From assembly GCA_963763005.1 (NCBI GenBank), contig CAVXMI010000007.1, positions 5,009-69,008 of the forward strand: 64,000 nt of DNA. Reading direction: 5' to 3'. Below the pieces are notes generated by a model. The model had not been told where the DNA came from. It was given only the letters and a program-made list of their open reading frames with translations, and did not search any database. The position numbers and the translations under genes are program-made. This document shows, one piece after another, positions 60,643 through 64,000 of the stretch. The first letter of the stretch is position 1. Each line of letters opens with the position of its first letter. Source of the DNA: an uncultured Actinomycetota bacterium (GTDB lineage Bacteria; Actinomycetota; Actinomycetes; Mycobacteriales; Mycobacteriaceae).

Positions 60643-61716
60643 ATGGAAGAACCCATACGTTCCGTCGTGTGGTCCACCGGGGGAGTCGGAGCGATCGCGA
60701 TTGATGCCATCAGCCGTCGCCTGGACTTGGAACTTGTTGGGGTATGGGTGCATTCGCCCGAGAAGGTCGGTAAGGACGCCGGCGAATTGGCCGGCGGCGC
60801 GCCCCTGGGCGTGATGGCCACCAACGATGCCGACGCGCTGATCGCCTTGGCGCCCGACTGCGTGGTGTATGCGGCGAGCGGTCCGCAACGCGACGGGGCC
60901 GCGGTGCCTGACTACATGCGCCTGTTGGGGGCGGGCATCAACGTCGTGTCGACGTCGTCGACGAGTCTGGTGTACCCACCGTCGTATTTCGCCCCGGATC
61001 GGCGTGACCAACTCGAGGCCGCGGCCAAGGCCGGCGGCGCGTCGTTCTATGCGTCGGGGATCTTTCCCGGCTTCGCCTCCGATCAGCTTGCGCTGCTCAT
61101 GACGACCCAGTCGAAGAACATCCGCACCATCACGGCCAGCGAAGTCGCGCTCAACGACCACTACCCGGTGGCCGACGTGATGATGGACGGGATGGGCTTC
61201 GGCCGCCCCCTGGATTTCGCACCCATGCTCTCCACGCCCGGCTTCATCGAAATGGCTTGGAAAGCACCGATATATCTGATGGCCAGCGGCCTCGGTGTCG
61301 AGGTGGAGGAGGTGCGCGGTTCTCTCGACCGGGAGTTGACGGGTCGGGACATCGAGGTGGCGTTCGGCACCATCAAGTCGGGTACCTGCGGTGCGGTGCG
61401 CACCCGGGCCGCGGGGGTGGTCAACGGCCGTGAGGCCATCGTGATCGAGCATGTCATCCGGATGGCCCGCGACGTTGCACCCGACTGGCCGACCTCGGAC
61501 TTCGACGCAACCTATCGGGTCGACATCGAAGGCGATCCCGACATCCACTGCGCGATGACACTCGGGGAGGCAACGGGTCACGGCGCCGGCCATGCCGCCA
61601 TGGCGTCCACGGCGATGCGGGTGGTCAATGCGATCCCGTACGTTGTCGAAGCCGCCCCCGGGCTGCTCAGCTCGCTGGACATCCCGACGACCTTGCCGCG
61701 GAACGTATTTGACTGA
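60643..61716 (+). CDS. DapB-like NAD(P)-dependent dehydrogenase
   Basis: VVWSTGGVG, KVGKDAGEL, SGIFPGF and TAMRVVNAIPYV; paralogue of 58353-59456. Confidence 0.85.
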   Translation: MEEPIRSVVWSTGGVGAIAIDAISRRLDLELVGVWVHSPEKVGKDAGELAGGAPLGVMATNDADALIALAPDCVVYAASGPQRDGAAVPDYMRLLGAGINVVSTSSTSLVYPPSYFAPDRRDQLEAAAKAGGASFYASGIFPGFASDQLALLMTTQSKNIRTITASEVALNDHYPVADVMMDGMGFGRPLDFAPMLSTPGFIEMAWKAPIYLMASGLGVEVEEVRGSLDRELTGRDIEVAFGTIKSGTCGAVRTRAAGVVNGREAIVIEHVIRMARDVAPDWPTSDFDATYRVDIEGDPDIHCAMTLGEATGHGAGHAAMASTAMRVVNAIPYVVEAAPGLLSSLDIPTTLPRNVFD

Positions 61717-61785
61717 ACGTTGACGCAGATCTTGGCCGGACGTAGCGTACGTGAGACAAATATTAGGTTGTCTAGGGAGTTGGGT

Positions 61786-62832
61786 GTGTTTACGCTGCGC
61801 TTCGACATGCGGGATCCGGGCTGGGCGTCGCCCCCGGCCGCCCTCTATGCCGCGGTACCCGAGATGTGTGCATGGGCCGAGGATCACGGGGGCATCGCCG
61901 CCGTCTTGTGTGAGCACCATGGGTCAGAAGACGGATACCTGCCGTCCCCGCTGATGCTGGCTCCGGCGATTGCAGCGCGCACCCAGAGCCTGGCCCTAAG
62001 CCTGATCCTGATCCTTCCGTTCTACGAACCCGTACGCCTCGCCGAGGACATGGCAATTCTCGACATCGTCAGCGGCGGGCGGGCGACGTACATCTTGGCC
62101 CTGGGATACCGGCCCGAGGAGTATGAGCACTTCGGCCTGTCACTTCGCGATCGGGGGCGGCTCGCTGACGAGAAGCTCGCACTGCTGCGCCGACTGCTCG
62201 CCGGCGAAACGGTCATTCACGACGGACGCCGGATCACGGTGACACCGCGCCCACAAACCGGCGGTGGACCGGCGTTGACGTGGGGTGGTGGAACGGTGGC
62301 GGCGGCGCGGCGGGCCGGCAAGTACGGCCTGGGCCTGCTGGCGAACGCCAACGTCGACGGGATGCGCGAAGCCTACGAGGCTGCCTGCCGCGAGCACGGC
62401 CACCAACCCGGGCCGGTGATGCTACCCAACCGTGACCACCCCTCGGTTTGCTTCGTCGCCGATGACGTTGAGCGGGCTTGGTCGGAGCTCGGCGAGTATC
62501 TACTCCACGACGTGCGCAGCTACGCGGCGTGGAACCCCGGTGACGAGACGTCGGCGGGATTCTCACACGCGACGACCGTAGACGAGCTGCGCGAGGCGGC
62601 TGCGTCCCACGTGATTATCTCGGTGCCGGAAGCGATCTCGCGGGTTCGCGACGGCGAAATACTCAACCTTTCGCCGCTGTGCGGTGGCTTGCCGCCGGAA
62701 ATCGCATGGCCATATCTGAAGCGGGCCGGCGAGGTCGTGCTGCCCGAGGCCCGTAAGTCATCACCGGCGAAGACAGCCGGCGACCGCGTCGACAGCGCGC
62801 TCACCGAGCTGCTGTCGGAGAGAAAGACGTAA
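61786..62832 (+). CDS. LLM-class flavin-dependent oxidoreductase
   Basis: (M)FTLRFDMRDP, CEHHGSEDGYLPSP and PVRLAED..LDIVSGGR motifs. Confidence 0.88.
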   Translation: MFTLRFDMRDPGWASPPAALYAAVPEMCAWAEDHGGIAAVLCEHHGSEDGYLPSPLMLAPAIAARTQSLALSLILILPFYEPVRLAEDMAILDIVSGGRATYILALGYRPEEYEHFGLSLRDRGRLADEKLALLRRLLAGETVIHDGRRITVTPRPQTGGGPALTWGGGTVAAARRAGKYGLGLLANANVDGMREAYEAACREHGHQPGPVMLPNRDHPSVCFVADDVERAWSELGEYLLHDVRSYAAWNPGDETSAGFSHATTVDELREAAASHVIISVPEAISRVRDGEILNLSPLCGGLPPEIAWPYLKRAGEVVLPEARKSSPAKTAGDRVDSALTELLSERKT

Positions 62833-62843
62833 GGTGACCGCCG

Positions 62844-63469
62844 CTACTCTTCGCCGAAGCGATCCACGAGATGGGAATTGATGCCGTCGGCGTCCAGTCG
62901 ACGTGCCACCAGATAACCCGCACCCATCCAGGCCCGGCGGGTCCAATTGCCGAAGGACACCCGTGTTCCGGGGGCACCGGATGCGGCCGGCATCATCTTG
63001 ACGCGCTCGAGTGCCTCCTTCACGCCCCGCGGGCTCAGCGGGTGGGCGTCGGAAAGCGCCCGCAGCAGTGTGCACGCCACATCCCCGGTCCAGCCCATGA
63101 ATGCGTTCCACATGATGGGGTTGAGCCAGGCGTTCTGGAAGGCGGTACCGCAGAGACGGGACGGATCCCATCCCAACGCTTCCAGCGCCGGATTGACGAA
63201 CACCACCCCGAACCCGAACCCGCAGTGCACGATCGCCTGCGCCTTAGGCGTCGATGACCGCTTTGAACCGATCCCTTCGGCAGGCCCTCCACTTCGCGGT
63301 AGATTATCTCGATCGGCCGGTCGATCAGCCCTTCTTCGACACCTTTTTTGAAGACCAGGTCGAAAGGTCGTGTCAGGTCTTCGAAGTACGTCTTGGGAAA
63401 GCCCTCAGGCAGCGGAAAGTCCATCAGGTAGCCGATTTTGATCGGCTCGCCGGTGCTCTCGTAAGTCAC
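62844..63469 (-). pseudogene. ABC substrate-binding protein (periplasmic BP type 1) with internal deletions
   Basis: N-terminus EPIKIGYLMDF...GLIDRPIEIIYREVEGLPKGSV and C-terminus HCGFGFGVVFVN...GVKEALERVKMMPAASGAPGT are in different frames within about 630 bp. Confidence 0.7.
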
Positions 63470-63535
63470 TTGACCTCCCGGATTAGGCGGCTGACTTTCG
63501 ATAGATCGAACGCGGCGTCCGACGGCAGCGGTTGC

Positions 63536-64000
63536 CTACTGCGGCTGGTTCGGTACGCCCGGGAACAGCTGTTCCGTGGGTCCGGCGGTCGCCCAGCCCC
63601 CCAGCTTCGTAACGAGATGCGGCGCAAAGACCGCGCCATAGAGGACATTTCCAATGACGACGACGGCAGCGATGGACAGCACTGACGATTGAAGGCGGCT
63701 CGTCGATCTTTTGTCGGCCCACATCTCGATGACATTTCGCCCTTGGGAATCGGTCCGTCCCAGGAGGTAGGTGAAGACCATCATCTGTATGCCCATCGCC
63801 AGGGAGTCGTAGAGCGGGTACTGGTGCTTGGTCCCCTCAAAGATCGCAAGCCCGGGAATCACGCGGCCGTAATAGAACACGCCGAGCCGGGCCCCCAGGA
63901 CCGCGTTGAAGAGCAGCGCCCATAGAAAGCCGACGACGAGCCCGACGGTGAGGAAGGTGGTCGGCCTGCGCCAGTGGAACTTTGCGCTCAACCATCGCCC
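63536..64000 (-). CDS. AveC-family (spirocyclase-like) membrane protein, 5' end outside the window
   Basis: Hydrophobic protein with YYGRVIPGLAIFEGTKHQYPLYD, resembling recalled mycobacterial AveC-like proteins. Confidence 0.6.
   Translation of the reverse strand, partial: GRWLSAKFHWRRPTTFLTVGLVVGFLWALLFNAVLGARLGVFYYGRVIPGLAIFEGTKHQYPLYDSLAMGIQMMVFTYLLGRTDSQGRNVIEMWADKRSTSRLQSSVLSIAAVVVIGNVLYGAVFAPHLVTKLGGWATAGPTEQLFPGVPNQPQ

Noticed and set aside
60577-61920. 447-aa minus-strand ORF, and the similar 58371..59546 plus-strand ORF
   Set aside because: Antisense shadows of the DapB-like genes with no independent motifs.

Overview
High-GC mycobacterial chromosomal segment. The gene set is recognisable from recalled M. 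tuberculosis orthologues; the species cannot be fixed from the sequence alone. The backbone follows the Rv2301-Rv2294 neighbourhood: cut2 (partial), htpG, aldo-keto reductase ... haloalkane dehalogenase, MalY/PatB lyase. Between the aldo-keto reductase and the dehalogenase lie a TetR-MFS efflux pair, a small acyl-CoA catabolic operon and a ~27 kb hypoxia/DosR-type island (~11.4-38.1 kb). The island carries three Acg-family nitroreductases, three universal stress proteins, a DosT-like sensor kinase, Rv2030c and Rv2004c orthologues, a five-gene group 3b [NiFe]-hydrogenase operon and an unusual acsA-pdhA-pdhB-E2-acyl carrier protein operon, with DosR-box-like sites upstream of most units. The right half is a mosaic of lipid/xenobiotic catabolic genes (alkB-rubA-TetR, aldehyde dehydrogenase, CoA-transferase, LLM monooxygenases, DapB-like dehydrogenases). 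A recurring feature is gene decay by internal deletion that keeps both gene ends (hspX, pfkB, ppsA, a methyltransferase, a DapB-like gene, an ABC substrate-binding gene), plus end-truncated relics (dosR, choD/esterase, ALDH, SDR, P450). Most of these relics are invisible in the ORF track. I found no rRNA, tRNA, CRISPR array, integrase or intact transposase. Orthologue names come from recalled sequences, not from a database search.
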